From positions 128,001 to 192,000 of the IMG/VR virus record IMGVR_UViG_3300021400_001148: a DNA stretch of 64,000 nucleotides. One strand, written 5' to 3'. A program made the translations under genes and the position numbers. The notes beneath the pieces are model-generated. The model searched no databases. It saw only the letters and a list, made by a program, of their open reading frames with translations, and was not told the origin of the DNA. This document shows positions 1 through 10,115 of this stretch, in pieces (position 1 is the stretch's first letter; each line of letters starts with the position of its first letter). The stretch comes from a virus. Lineage: Duplodnaviria; Caudoviricetes.

Positions 1-186
1 GCCTTCTTCATCGAAGAAACAAAGGCTCTCCGTTTCGTCAACATAAAAAAGAGCAATTTTGGTTTCGACCGGGTTGTGCCCGTTTTCATCCAAATGGTAG
101 TAAGTGAGTTCATCGGTGGCTTTGGTATATGCCATCCGTTTTTCAGTATCGATTTCGGTCAGCAGACGGATTATATCCTTTTCCAT
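1..186 (-). CDS. hypothetical protein, partial (runs off the left edge)
   Basis: Open frame from ATG at 186 (MEKDIIRLLTEID...) to the window start, downstream of 209..499. Confidence 0.6.
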   Translation of the reverse strand, partial: MEKDIIRLLTEIDTEKRMAYTKATDELTYYHLDENGHNPVETKIALFYVDETESLCFFDEEG

Positions 187-208
187 CTGCCTACGAATCT
201 TCACAATC

Positions 209-499
209 TCAGCGAGCCAGTTTTTCATGTTCGAGAATTTTAAGAATAGCCTTTATCTCGGAAAAATCAAAAGACATAAGGTCATCAATCTCGCGTTTTC
301 CGTCAATGTCAGTGGAGACACTGAACTTGCCCCCATTGAGAGATTGGCTGATTGAAACCAGCGTATGCTCTCTCAGCTCCTCGTAGTAGAAGAGTTTTAT
401 CTTCGTTTCGGGAGCAAACTCGTGATAAAACCCCGGGGCAGGAAGATAGGACTTTGCATTTGAGATGAGAGCCCTTTTATTTTTTGGATTCTTTACCAT
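209..499 (-). CDS. hypothetical protein
   Basis: ATG 25 nt downstream of the -7 box at 524. Confidence 0.8.
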   Translation of the reverse strand: MVKNPKNKRALISNAKSYLPAPGFYHEFAPETKIKLFYYEELREHTLVSISQSLNGGKFSVSTDIDGKREIDDLMSFDFSEIKAILKILEHEKLAR

Positions 500-572
500 A
501 TTCTGTTCCTTTTGTTTACACTACAAAGATAACGATTTTTCTTGACTTGGAAACCTATTCGGCGCAGGCGTG

Positions 573-731
573 CTATACATAGATTCCCATTTCTTCGAGT
601 TCTTCGATTGCGTCCTCCGGTACGAAATAGGAGCAGTCATCCCCAAACTCAATACCGAGGTTATCCATTTCTTCTTCTTCGAGGTCCATAAGAACCTGGC
701 TCTGAGGCCAATTGACTTTGATGTATCCCAT
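573..731 (-). CDS. small acidic hypothetical protein (YxxVxWP..Q.LM family), 52 aa
   Basis: True start MGYIKVNWPQSQ lies after the promoter at 756; similar to 7898..8074. Confidence 0.75.
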   Translation of the reverse strand: MGYIKVNWPQSQVLMDLEEEEMDNLGIEFGDDCSYFVPEDAIEELEEMGIYV

Positions 732-831
732 ATTCTTTTCCTTTTTGTTACATTGCAAAGATACTATCATTTTTTGATTTGCTGGTGGGTGTGGCGCAAT
801 GACGGCAGCCGGCCTTGCGCCTAAGAAAAAA

Positions 832-854
832 GTTGCGGTAAAAAATACCGCAAC
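832..854 (-). terminator. Intrinsic terminator (example of the hairpin plus U-tract preceding most palindromes)
   Basis: GTTGCGGTA/TACCGCAAC inverted repeat; the adjacent plus-strand A-tract gives a U-tail on the minus strand. Confidence 0.8.
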
Positions 855-861
855 CGCCAGC

Positions 862-1437
862 CTATTTCTTAATGTTCTTGGCTTTTTTCCGTAGCGAATC
901 AAAGTCGGTGTAAATAGCCTCTCCGTTGGAAAAACGGGCGGTGCAAACATATTCTCTGAAACCATACCCTTTTTTGATTCGGTTAATGATGCCGTTGGCA
1001 ATTTTTTCTTCTTCGTCCCGCAAGGCCTCTTCAAGGATATCGAAAGCCTTTTCCAGTTGGTATTCATAATCCTCGGATGTTACTTTGCATCCCCTGAAAC
1101 ATTTGTTGATTAGCCTTGTTGATGCGTAAGGAAAATAGTAGTGAACATCATCTATCAGTTCCTTGCGGTTGTGATTACGGAAATAGTATGCGCTGCCCAG
1201 CACATCGGTAAGACTTTCGGCATCGATGGCGTCAATACACGCATCCATGTAGTAGCCAGGAGTGAAAACAACCTTTATAAGGCGCAGTCCTTCATCTTCG
1301 GATTCTTTAATCTCGGTCGAAGGATAAGAACGACTTCCATCATTCCATTTGCCGAGTTCGGGGTAGTTTCCATATTCATAGTCATCGTTGGTAACTACAA
1401 CGCATCTTCTTTGGTATGAAAAATTTGGGGCACTCAT
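862..1437 (-). CDS. hypothetical protein
   Basis: Start corrected to MSAPNF, downstream of promoter 1466. Confidence 0.8.
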   Translation of the reverse strand: MSAPNFSYQRRCVVVTNDDYEYGNYPELGKWNDGSRSYPSTEIKESEDEGLRLIKVVFTPGYYMDACIDAIDAESLTDVLGSAYYFRNHNRKELIDDVHYYFPYASTRLINKCFRGCKVTSEDYEYQLEKAFDILEEALRDEEEKIANGIINRIKKGYGFREYVCTARFSNGEAIYTDFDSLRKKAKNIKK

Positions 1438-1568
1438 TGCTTTTTGTTCTTTCTGTTTTGCAATACAAATATAGTAAATCCTGTACAAAACCCAGTAAAT
1501 TCAGCGCAAAGCCGGCTGCCAATCTTGCGCCTAAAAAAGAAAACCCCGCATCAGCAGGGGTTCTTCTA

Positions 1569-2288
1569 TTATTCATCGGCATCCTCAAACTTCGTGTTTC
1601 CGATTTTGAGTCTGACCATCTCCCTTACTCGGTCATACCACATTGCCGTGATGTTTCGAATTTCTCCCTCCGTGTCCTCCACGACAACGCCAATTTCTTC
1701 AGAGCCATTGTAGGCGAGAGCTGCCTTTTCAATGCCACTGGCAATATCGTTCCAATCGGGATTTTCGCAGTCGATAGAGGTAACCATTTTGGCTGACTGA
1801 AGCAATGCTTCAAAGGAATCCACATCTTCGAGCTTGTCATATGGAATATCGAATCCGTCTGCGGTGATTGCAAATTCTTCGGTGAGATATTTGATTTGCA
1901 GGTTTAATCGGGCAGTAGGCCCCTGAACCCCATAGATATCTTCAAGTGTTTCATACATCCCCGTGATGGGAATCTCAATTGGTTTGTGCCCGTCACCGCC
2001 ACCCACATGATGTCCTTTGACAATTTCCATCAGTTGCCGGTAGACATCATCAATATCTTCCTCGGTTTCCACCGCGGAAATATCCTCTCCGTCCCCGTTG
2101 AGAAAAGTGGGCTCCTCGATGTCATCATCGTGGTATTCGTAAATTTCGTATTCACCCTCAAGGTATCCACTGCGGTCCATAAAAGTCTTGCAGTCTTCCT
2201 CGGTGGGGAAAACCATAAAGGAGGCGATTTCCTCTGGAATGTCCTTTGTGTTGATAAGTTCCGGCTGATAATAGGTTTTTCCTTTCAT
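1569..2288 (-). CDS. acidic hypothetical protein
   Basis: Start corrected to MKGKTYY, downstream of promoter 2314. Confidence 0.8.
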   Translation of the reverse strand: MKGKTYYQPELINTKDIPEEIASFMVFPTEEDCKTFMDRSGYLEGEYEIYEYHDDDIEEPTFLNGDGEDISAVETEEDIDDVYRQLMEIVKGHHVGGGDGHKPIEIPITGMYETLEDIYGVQGPTARLNLQIKYLTEEFAITADGFDIPYDKLEDVDSFEALLQSAKMVTSIDCENPDWNDIASGIEKAALAYNGSEEIGVVVEDTEGEIRNITAMWYDRVREMVRLKIGNTKFEDADE

Positions 2289-2487
2289 ATTCTTGTTCTC
2301 TTTTGTTACAATACAAAGATAGCAACATAAAATCGTACTCATCCGAGTACGGCGCAATGCGGGCTGCCAATCTTGCGCCTAAAAGAAAAAATGCCGGGAA
2401 AGGCCATTTTTAGGCGATTTCCGGCACTTTAAGAAAAAAGATGATGTGGAACACCACTTTAACCTTGCGGGGTTAATATAGGGGGTT

Positions 2488-2691
2488 TTATTCGTCTTTC
2501 CAGCCAGTCCACTCATTGGTCATGTCCTCATAGGTATCCGCGTCCTCTATGGATACCATTTCCACGAAGTCGAAACCAATGTCTTCGGTATCATCGGGAA
2601 CAGGCATCTGTTTGTGCCATTTGTTCTTGATGTCAGTCATGTCGTCACCCTCTATAAAGGCTTCAACGCGATATGTAAGTCTGATTTTCAT
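2488..2691 (-). CDS. hypothetical protein
   Basis: Third gene of a tightly packed unit. Confidence 0.7.
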   Translation of the reverse strand: MKIRLTYRVEAFIEGDDMTDIKNKWHKQMPVPDDTEDIGFDFVEMVSIEDADTYEDMTNEWTGWKDE

Positions 2692-2694
2692 AAT

Positions 2695-2853
2695 TTAGTC
2701 CTCCTCCGGCCATTCAATTTCAGCCATTCCTCTATATGTTTCGTATTCGGTGAGTTTACCCCCGTCTTCAATTGCTGTGGCAAGTTCACGAAGAAACTCC
2801 GCAGTATAATAGAGGTCGGTAGTGATTTTGAGTGTTACTTGTTTCTCTTCCAT
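2695..2853 (-). CDS. small hypothetical protein, 52 aa (not in ORF track)
   Basis: MEEKQVTLKITTDLYYTAEFLRELATAIEDGG...EED; fills the gap between neighbours. Confidence 0.7.
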   Translation of the reverse strand: MEEKQVTLKITTDLYYTAEFLRELATAIEDGGKLTEYETYRGMAEIEWPEED

Positions 2854-2860
2854 ATCTTTA

Positions 2861-3154
2861 TTATTTGAGATTGGAGATATAGTGCTCCTCTATCCAATTG
2901 GCAAGAGCCTTTTTGTTCTGAGTGTCGAGGTCGCACCAAAAATGTGCGATGCTGGCTGCTGAATCATCATAGGCGTTGGCAAATAGTTTCCACTTGCTCA
3001 CCATGTGGTCAAAGTTGGTTGTCCACTCGGTTTCAATAAGGAAAACCGGAAGCGCGTCCGTCCTTTCGTCACCGAACATAGTCTTCCAAGTATGCATACG
3101 CATCTTGTAGTTCATTGCGAAGTTCAACAGAATTACATCAATAATCTTTTTCAT
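2861..3154 (-). CDS. hypothetical protein
   Basis: Follows promoter 3179. Confidence 0.8.
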   Translation of the reverse strand: MKKIIDVILLNFAMNYKMRMHTWKTMFGDERTDALPVFLIETEWTTNFDHMVSKWKLFANAYDDSAASIAHFWCDLDTQNKKALANWIEEHYISNLK

Positions 3155-3276
3155 ATCTTTGTCTTTTTGTTTACATTACAAAGATAGCAAAAACTTGTAT
3201 GCACCCAGCAGGTTAGGCGCAGTCTCGGCAGCCCACTTTGCGCCTAAAAAATCACCGCAGTTTCCCGCGGTGGTTT

Positions 3277-3438
3277 CTAAATCATTTCAACCCTTGTCAC
3301 CAGGCCTTTCAGTGGATAGCAACCGATTCTTTTCATATCGGAGATGAAATTCTTTTGCCAATCTTCGGCCTTTTCCTTGCTGTCAAATTCGTAGCAGGTG
3401 TTCACCACTCCGTCCACTATAGTCTTGAATACCCACAT
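3277..3438 (-). CDS. small hypothetical protein
   Basis: Start corrected to MWVFKTIV, just after the stop of the upstream gene. Confidence 0.65.
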   Translation of the reverse strand: MWVFKTIVDGVVNTCYEFDSKEKAEDWQKNFISDMKRIGCYPLKGLVTRVEMI

Positions 3439-3442
3439 ATCC

Positions 3443-3844
3443 CTAAAATTTTTCAGAGAGTTCCTCGATTTCTGCCCAAGAAAAGAGTTCTTCCATTTTC
3501 CGCAGGCTGTTGTGGCAACCATTGAAGGCTCTCCGCGCGGTAGCCATTTCCTCGTCTCCGTAGCCAAACTCGTTGGCAAATTCCCAGAAAAGCGGATTGT
3601 TCTTCGCTGCATAGCAGTCACTGACGATACAACCTATAGCATCCTCAATCAGAGACGGGCTGACGCGTCCGAGGCGGTAGTTGTAAACTGAATCGTGGAA
3701 AGTGAACTTTCTTTCAACCCCGCGGATGTTGATGATAATATAATAAGACTGATGCCAATCGCCAAGCAGGTCTTTGGTCACTTTGTTTTTGCGTGTTGAG
3801 ACTTTGAAAATTGTTCCGTCCGCAAGTGTGTAGTTCTTTGTCAT
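3443..3844 (-). CDS. hypothetical protein
   Basis: Start corrected to MTKNYTL after promoter 3866. Confidence 0.8.
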   Translation of the reverse strand: MTKNYTLADGTIFKVSTRKNKVTKDLLGDWHQSYYIIINIRGVERKFTFHDSVYNYRLGRVSPSLIEDAIGCIVSDCYAAKNNPLFWEFANEFGYGDEEMATARRAFNGCHNSLRKMEELFSWAEIEELSEKF

Positions 3845-4030
3845 GTTCTTGTTCCTTTTGTATAACAAAGATAATAAAAAAAGACGAAAGGATGACGGGC
3901 AAGGCGCAACCGCGGCAGCCTGCCTTGCGCCCATAAAAAAACCACGGGGTCTATCGTTTCGGTGGGTCGAAAATACCGCCTCTTAAAACCTACTGTGCTC
4001 GCCCGTGGATTGCAACAAAGATATGAAAAC

Positions 4031-4222
4031 TTAGTCTTCTTCGTTTCTGAGTTTCTGTATGTAAATTGCCTTGAGTTTCTTCTCCCTCTTCACAACGGAA
4101 GGCTTCTTGAATTCCTGCCGTTCCCTCTGTTCCTTTATGAGTTTGGTGTTGTTACATTTCCTCTTGAAAATCTTGAGGTATTTCTCAATTTTATCCGATT
4201 CTTCTACTGGCACTCTTAGCAT
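4031..4222 (-). CDS. rpsU: ribosomal protein bS21 (phage-encoded)
   Basis: MLRVPVEESDKIEKYLKIFKRKCNNTKLIKEQRERQEFKKPSVVKR matches the bS21 signature (L++FKRK...+E.R.R..F.KPS..+R); 63 aa, basic. Confidence 0.92.
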   Translation of the reverse strand: MLRVPVEESDKIEKYLKIFKRKCNNTKLIKEQRERQEFKKPSVVKREKKLKAIYIQKLRNEED

Positions 4223-4528
4223 TTTCGTGTTGTTTTCTTTCTTATTTTTTTTAGCCACCCATCCCCGCACCGCCCGGGGAGTTCTCTCAGATAAGGAGAG
4301 CGGTCTCACTTTACCAGCCAACTATTTCAGACTGGCCTTTAATCCTAATGGGTAATAGCCGTCCGCTTTATTTATACTCGAGCAGACGGTCGAGTGGGGA
4401 GAAACCAAGGGCAGGGCACCGAGCACACCAACATAGTTTGTGGTTTACAGCCGTCTTTAAGCCAAGGCCCGTGGTTTCGTATCACAAATATACAAAAACT
4501 TTCGTAATTTATAAATAGTTCGGTGCAA

Positions 4529-4693
4529 TTATTCCTCGTACAACTCGTCATTGAAGAGGACATATCCGAGAGCCTGCAGGACAGTATCCGCCTCATCACT
4601 TTCAATGCCGTTGTCTATGAGAACTTTTTCAGCCTTTTCAATATCTTCGGGGTAAAGTGTTGCCCGAACCACTACTTTTTCTCTTGGTGTCAT
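4529..4693 (-). CDS. small hypothetical protein, 54 aa (not in ORF track)
   Basis: MTPREKVVVRATLYPEDIEKAEKVLIDNG...; follows promoter 4714. Confidence 0.7.
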   Translation of the reverse strand: MTPREKVVVRATLYPEDIEKAEKVLIDNGIESDEADTVLQALGYVLFNDELYEE

Positions 4694-4816
4694 ATCGTTT
4701 CCTTTTTGTATAACAAAGATAATAATTCTAGTTCCAAACTTTGTAGGTACGGCGCAAAGTCGGCAGCCACCCTTGCGCCTAAAAAGAAAATGGTACTCAG
4801 TTGAGTACCACCCTCT

Positions 4817-5602
4817 TTAGAAATTCTCTATGATAGAGACACTGCATCCACCATTTTTTCGAGTGTCGGGCGTTTTGTACATCTTGAGAACAACGCTTGT
4901 CTCATACCCAAGCAATGCCGTGCTCTTGAGAAAGTTCACCACATTCTTTTCATATTTGTTGAGAGCGTCTCTCTCCATAGTCACTTTGTCAGTGTCGGTA
5001 AACTTCACGACCTGATTTTTTCGGAAATCCTCCACCACCTCTTCCTTGCTCTTGAGGTAGTCGGCAACAAACTGCGAGATTTCGGAAAAGTAATAGGTAA
5101 TTGTTTCTTCCCCGTATTTCCAATACCCCGATGGAAGTGGATAGCATTCCCTTACAGTGAATGTGCATGGCTCATCGTAGTAGACCGAGAGTGATTCAAT
5201 GAAGACGAAAAACTTGTCAAGCTGCCCGTCAGTAAAACGATAACTTATCACAGAACTACCGAACCAACCAAGTCCAGGAGAAAGAACCACCTGCCCGAAG
5301 ATTTCCTTGATAGGCTGCTGAAAATAGTATGCAATATTTACCTGCCCATCGCCGGTCGCAAGGCATTCGGGGGTTACAAAAAGATAGGGTATTGAGTATG
5401 TGTCACTCCATAATGTTATTTGTCCAAGGCCAGCCACATTGGCCAGAACTTCTACCGAACCTATTTCCGGTCTTGTCTCCAGCTCGGGATGAAGAGTGAA
5501 CCCGAGAATCTTAGCTTCGCGGACTACATTATCAGTACCTCTGTAGTAGAAAATCTGCTTGTTCAGAATGTTGTTGAGTGCATCGTAGTTGATAGTGTCC
5601 AT
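4817..5602 (-). CDS. hypothetical protein
   Basis: 261 aa ORF following promoter 5627. Confidence 0.85.
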   Translation of the reverse strand: MDTINYDALNNILNKQIFYYRGTDNVVREAKILGFTLHPELETRPEIGSVEVLANVAGLGQITLWSDTYSIPYLFVTPECLATGDGQVNIAYYFQQPIKEIFGQVVLSPGLGWFGSSVISYRFTDGQLDKFFVFIESLSVYYDEPCTFTVRECYPLPSGYWKYGEETITYYFSEISQFVADYLKSKEEVVEDFRKNQVVKFTDTDKVTMERDALNKYEKNVVNFLKSTALLGYETSVVLKMYKTPDTRKNGGCSVSIIENF

Positions 5603-5719
5603 ATCTTTGTTCTTTTGTTTACATCACAAAAGTAGTGAATTTTTTTCAGAACTTCACTTGTTAGGCGCAGCGGGGGCAGCCTGCCTTGCGCCTAAAAGAA
5701 AAACCCGCAGGTGCGGGCT

Positions 5720-5968
5720 TTACTTTGCAAACCTCGGAACAAAGAAATCTTCCAATTTGTAAGTATTTCGGTTGAGGTGTCTGTTGATTCCCGTAACATC
5801 ATGCAGGAAATCAATCGTGTCAGCCTTGAGCAGTTCATCCCACTTCATTCCGTAACCGCTTTCAGCAAGGACAAGCAAGTCCATGAAAATTGTAGTCCTG
5901 TCCCAATCTGGGAGATACCCCATCGCCCTTTTGACGATTTCGTTGATGGTTTTAATAGTCTCTTTCAT
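5720..5968 (-). CDS. conserved small phage protein (DUF6874-like)
   Basis: Motif MDL...LL.AD..DF.HDV.GI.RHLNR.T..L...F.PRFA recognised from memory. Confidence 0.6.
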   Translation of the reverse strand: MKETIKTINEIVKRAMGYLPDWDRTTIFMDLLVLAESGYGMKWDELLKADTIDFLHDVTGINRHLNRNTYKLEDFFVPRFAK

Positions 5969-5974
5969 AATTTT

Positions 5975-6430
5975 TTAGATTACGCCCCCGGGGAAAGCCA
6001 TACGGTGATTGACTTCCCTACCGTTCTCCGGCCCGGTCTTGATGAGGTAGGCGTTGAAACAGCCGTCAAAATATTTGTGGCCGAACTTGATGCCGTTGAC
6101 CTCAAAGCCCCTGTCACTACCGAACTTCTCGTAGATTTCGTCTCTGGTCAACTCGGTATTGGCTCCAGACTGTCTCCACTTCTCGTACATTGCACCCTCG
6201 TACTGTTCAAGTTCCTTGGCGTTGCCCTTGGGGAAAGTGTACCTCCAATCCTCAACGCGGTAACCGTCTGATTCACGCACGCCGTAGATGCGGACACTCT
6301 CCAGATAACCCCACTTGGAGTAATCCCATATATAACCCAGACGCTTGAGGTAAGCGAGGCCCTTCTTGTTAATGACTTCTCCCACAGGGAGGCTCTCAAA
6401 ATACTTCTGAATCTGTGTCTTTGTTTTCAT
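5975..6430 (-). CDS. hypothetical protein
   Basis: Start corrected to MKTKTQIQ after promoter 6450. Confidence 0.8.
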   Translation of the reverse strand: MKTKTQIQKYFESLPVGEVINKKGLAYLKRLGYIWDYSKWGYLESVRIYGVRESDGYRVEDWRYTFPKGNAKELEQYEGAMYEKWRQSGANTELTRDEIYEKFGSDRGFEVNGIKFGHKYFDGCFNAYLIKTGPENGREVNHRMAFPGGVI

Positions 6431-6603
6431 ATCCGTTCCTTTTACATTACAAATATAGTTAATGTTTTTCATTGACTGTCCGTTTTGGCGCAACGGGGGC
6501 AGCCGGCTTTGCGCCAAAAAGAAAATAGGTAGCCCCACTCCCAAAGGATGTACAAACCCCGGGGGAATAGGACTATCCTGTTGTAGTCTTTTTTTTTCGA
6601 GAT

Positions 6604-6798
6604 TTACTTTTCTAATGATGGCAGTCCGACAACTTTCCTGATTCGGTTTGCTATACTAAAGCAATCCCTTGCCAAATCCTCACCGCACTCTTTCTCCCCG
6701 AACGGCGGTTCCCATAGATACTGTTCACCCCTCTCGCGGATATACACCTGCGCGTCTTCCAGTATTTGCTTATCTTTTTTTCCGATTACTATAATCAT
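6604..6798 (-). CDS. hypothetical protein
   Basis: Second gene in its unit. Confidence 0.65.
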   Translation of the reverse strand: MIIVIGKKDKQILEDAQVYIRERGEQYLWEPPFGEKECGEDLARDCFSIANRIRKVVGLPSLEK

Positions 6799-6822
6799 GG
6801 CTTTATTCGTTAATGGTTTTGT

Positions 6823-7065
6823 TTACCACTCCCTCAGTTCGTTTATGTTTTTATTTACCACCACCTCAAACAGTGCGTTGACTGCTTTTTTGATTGTCGG
6901 ATAGAATTTGCCCTTAAGGAAAACCCTTTCCCCGTTGGCATCGCGCACATAATCGCACCAAACCTTTCCATAGGCAAGCCCTCTGCCGATACGCAGGTAT
7001 GCCACCTTACCATCATCCGTGCTAATCATAGGTGCAAGGCTCATGAATGTTTCTTCTGTTTTCAT
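6823..7065 (-). CDS. hypothetical protein
   Basis: Follows promoter 7089. Confidence 0.75.
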   Translation of the reverse strand: MKTEETFMSLAPMISTDDGKVAYLRIGRGLAYGKVWCDYVRDANGERVFLKGKFYPTIKKAVNALFEVVVNKNINELREW

Positions 7066-7182
7066 ATCTCTTTTGCTTTTATCTACTGCAAATATAGGTA
7101 TTTTATTTCATTTCAGTGCAGGTACGGCGCAGCATCGGCAGCCACCCTTGCGCTTAAAAAGAAATGGGGCGAACCCCATTCT

Positions 7183-7446
7183 CTACCTTGTCACGAACTG
7201 CCGGATTTTTTCATAAACAAGTTCTCTTGCATTTTCGCGGTATTCATCGTACCACGCGGACTCGCCATCGTCTTCATATGGTTCACCGTTTGCATCAAGT
7301 ATCTGATACTCGTCTTCCGTCTTTTTAACGGCAGTATTCACAATATCATTCGCCAGAGTGTAAATTGCGTCCTCAATGCTGATGTCTTCAATGCACTCGT
7401 TGAGGACTTTTTCTGCGGTAAAAACTGAAATCGTTTCCTTTTTCAT
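7183..7446 (-). CDS. hypothetical protein
   Basis: Coupled to the upstream gene. Confidence 0.75.
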   Translation of the reverse strand: MKKETISVFTAEKVLNECIEDISIEDAIYTLANDIVNTAVKKTEDEYQILDANGEPYEDDGESAWYDEYRENARELVYEKIRQFVTR

Positions 7447-7447
7447 A

Positions 7448-7777
7448 CTAATTGTGGTCTATAATGTGAAGATAGATATGGGAAAGTTGCTCGTTGTCAA
7501 GGGCGTCAATCGGGGTACTCTCCTTGTAGCACATACCACCCTCGTCCATAAATTCATAGTCAACGGTTGTTTCGCTGGTGACAAGACGCTCCCTTTCGTT
7601 GATGATAGGGGTGATGTTTGTATAGTGATACTGACCACCTGTGAAATCGTCATTCTCCCGCCCGTTGAGTTCTCCGTTTTCAATGTGGTGGCAGATTGCT
7701 GTGATATAAACTTTGTGGAGGTCTTCCTTCAGTTGGGTGATTCGCTCTTTGTAATAATCTGAAATTGTCTTTACCAT
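7448..7777 (-). CDS. hypothetical protein
   Basis: Start corrected to MVKTISD after promoter 7797. Confidence 0.75.
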   Translation of the reverse strand: MVKTISDYYKERITQLKEDLHKVYITAICHHIENGELNGRENDDFTGGQYHYTNITPIINERERLVTSETTVDYEFMDEGGMCYKESTPIDALDNEQLSHIYLHIIDHN

Positions 7778-7897
7778 TTTGTTTCCTTTTGTATAACAAA
7801 GATAGTAAAATATCCTCACCACTTGTCGGGTAAGGCGCAACATCGGCTGCCAGTCCTGCGCTTAAAAGAAAATGGTACTCAGTTGAGTACCACTCTC

Positions 7898-8074
7898 TTA
7901 TAAATCGTGCTCATTCATCCAATCCACATCCACGAAGTATGCGGAACTTCCGAAGTCATCCATACCCTTGTCATTATTGATAAGGTAAGCGTTGTCATCA
8001 AATCCCTCGACCATCATAAGGTCCTGGATTTCGGGCCAACCAACAGCCACATAGTTTCCTGTCCTGTTTGTCAT
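7898..8074 (-). CDS. small acidic protein, 58 aa (YxxVxWP..Q.LM family; not in ORF track)
   Basis: MTNRTGNYVAVGWPEIQDLMMVEGFDDNAYLINDDKGMDDFGSSAYFVD... Confidence 0.75.
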   Translation of the reverse strand: MTNRTGNYVAVGWPEIQDLMMVEGFDDNAYLINNDKGMDDFGSSAYFVDVDWMNEHDL

Positions 8075-8077
8075 ATC

Positions 8078-8617
8078 TTAGCCAAAAACGAGTTCACCAA
8101 AAATTGCACACTGAAGGATTGCGTCATATCCCCAAAGGTCGATGTTCTCTTCAACGAGGTCTACCCAAAAGCGAGGGTATTTCTGCTGGACAATCTGAAG
8201 GCCCTTTTCGATGTCAGCGAGAGAAATCTCATGATTCCATTCTGCATCGGGGGCGTCTTCGTCCGGATTATATTCATCGGTTTCGTAGATGGTGATTTTG
8301 CCACCTTTGAGGAGAATGTCAGCGAGTTTGTCCTCAAAACAATCATCGGGGTTGGTGAGGGGTTTGTCTTCATCGCGGTAGTCCGCACCGAACCACGGGC
8401 TACCATAGAGAGCTCCCGAAAGGATATAACTCAGTTGCTCCTTGTCAGTGGTGTAAAACTTGATGTCGGTCGGCTCGTAGGTTTTCTTCCCATCCGTCTC
8501 CTCGGCAAATGTGAGGTCGAGGAAATGTTCCGCAATCGCAGACGGAATCATGTTTTCCGCAGGATTTGCCTTAACAAAACTGATGAGTTCCTGCTCGATA
8601 AATTCTTTTTTTGTCAT
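8078..8617 (-). CDS. hypothetical protein
   Basis: Follows promoter 8642; C-terminal D..LQ.A+FGE+V+G motif seen in other phage proteins. Confidence 0.8.
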   Translation of the reverse strand: MTKKEFIEQELISFVKANPAENMIPSAIAEHFLDLTFAEETDGKKTYEPTDIKFYTTDKEQLSYILSGALYGSPWFGADYRDEDKPLTNPDDCFEDKLADILLKGGKITIYETDEYNPDEDAPDAEWNHEISLADIEKGLQIVQQKYPRFWVDLVEENIDLWGYDAILQCAIFGELVFG

Positions 8618-8741
8618 ACCTTTGTTCTTTTGTTTGCATTACAAATATAGTAAAAGTTTCCCTTATTTCTTGGATGTGGGCGCAACCGCGGCAGCCTGCC
8701 TTGCGCCCAAAAAGAAATCCGCCAAACGGGGCGGACTTCTG

Positions 8742-9308
8742 TCAATAAGGAAAATCGGTTATTTTTTCAAACCACCTGCAGTCATAGACATTTTTCGCAG
8801 GGTCGAAATCGTATTTCATTTTTTCAATACGGTCTTCAAGGTCTTCAATGTTTGCATCAGCCTTGACCATATATGCCCTGAAAGTGTTCGTGCCATCGTG
8901 ATGGGAAGACTCAAGGTAGAAGCAATCCATGTCGTAGGTGACTTTCAACCTATCTTCTGCAACCCTTTCAATGACCGAATCGAAGTCATCGAAAATTTCC
9001 GGCATAATTGTGGGGTTTCCCCACCAAAGTCCAAGCTGGCCAACTACCACAAACTTTGAGTTTGCGAGCACGCTGGAGTACTTGATATTGTTTCGGTCGC
9101 ACTCATAGCTATCCTGTCTCTCTTCCTCAAGCCAATCCCAATACCTTTGGCTGTCTTCGGGTGCGGGAGTGAGGTCGTTATCCTCACAAAATTGAACATA
9201 ATCAGCATACTCAAATTCGCTGTGACTGTCAAGTATGCAGGGAAGTTCATCCTTATGTTTTTCAGTGTATTTTTTGAACCAATTGATAAATCCTTTGTTT
9301 CTTTTCAT
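8742..9308 (-). CDS. hypothetical protein
   Basis: Start corrected to MKRNKGF; contains G.LGLW.G and HHDGTN motifs. Confidence 0.8.
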   Translation of the reverse strand: MKRNKGFINWFKKYTEKHKDELPCILDSHSEFEYADYVQFCEDNDLTPAPEDSQRYWDWLEEERQDSYECDRNNIKYSSVLANSKFVVVGQLGLWWGNPTIMPEIFDDFDSVIERVAEDRLKVTYDMDCFYLESSHHDGTNTFRAYMVKADANIEDLEDRIEKMKYDFDPAKNVYDCRWFEKITDFPY

Positions 9309-9412
9309 GATGTTTTTCCTTTTGACAATACAAATATAGTGTGTTTCCGTCAGATTTCGGCTTGCACGGCGCAGCATCGGCAGCCGACCTTGCGCCTAAA
9401 AAAAAAGAGGCA

Positions 9413-9865
9413 CTAAATGTACCTCACAAAATGGGTTGTCGGATACGGGGCATAGTTTCCGTCCTCAGAAATTTCGGCCGCGAGTTCCTCTGCGGTCAGC
9501 GACCAGCCGTTGGCCTCGGCAAGCTGTTTGAACTCTTCATCGGACAGGTCGTTGTTGGTCTTGTCCTCGGGGATGAAGTCCGCATCCAGAACATAGAACC
9601 GCTTTTCGGGTTTTTCGGGGGTGGAGTCTTTACCCAGATTCATGTAAACATTTGTATCATAGACATCGCAAGCGAGACCGAAGGCGGGACAAGAGGTGAA
9701 ATAAGAAGAACCCCCTTCGGCAAGGGCATAGGTGGCTCCGGGGTAGTTCGCCATAAACTTGTCCACCATTTTTATCTCGTCATCCTCGAGACCAGTGGTG
9801 TCTCCGTTCATCAGATAGCATAAAGCCCAAGCAGGGATTTTTTCTGTAGCAACTTTCTTCAGCAT
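9413..9865 (-). CDS. hypothetical protein
   Basis: Follows promoter 9888; IP.WAL.YL.NGD.TGL motif. Confidence 0.8.
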   Translation of the reverse strand: MLKKVATEKIPAWALCYLMNGDTTGLEDDEIKMVDKFMANYPGATYALAEGGSSYFTSCPAFGLACDVYDTNVYMNLGKDSTPEKPEKRFYVLDADFIPEDKTNNDLSDEEFKQLAEANGWSLTAEELAAEISEDGNYAPYPTTHFVRYI

Positions 9866-10115
9866 AGTCTTTATCTTTTTCTCAAAACAAATATAATGAA
9901 AAGATTTCTGCCTGTTGGTGATTAAGCGCAGTACCGGCAGCCACCCTTGCGCCTAAAAGAAAACCCCCGGGGCGGTCGCAACACTCGCTCCGAGGTACAT
10001 ACAACCTCCGCCGTTTTCGTGGTGGTTAGGGAACATTTTGCGAATTTCCTTAATCCAGCCCAGCATCTTAGATTGTTTTCGCGGACTTATGCAATCATCC
10101 GTTTTTATTTCTTCC

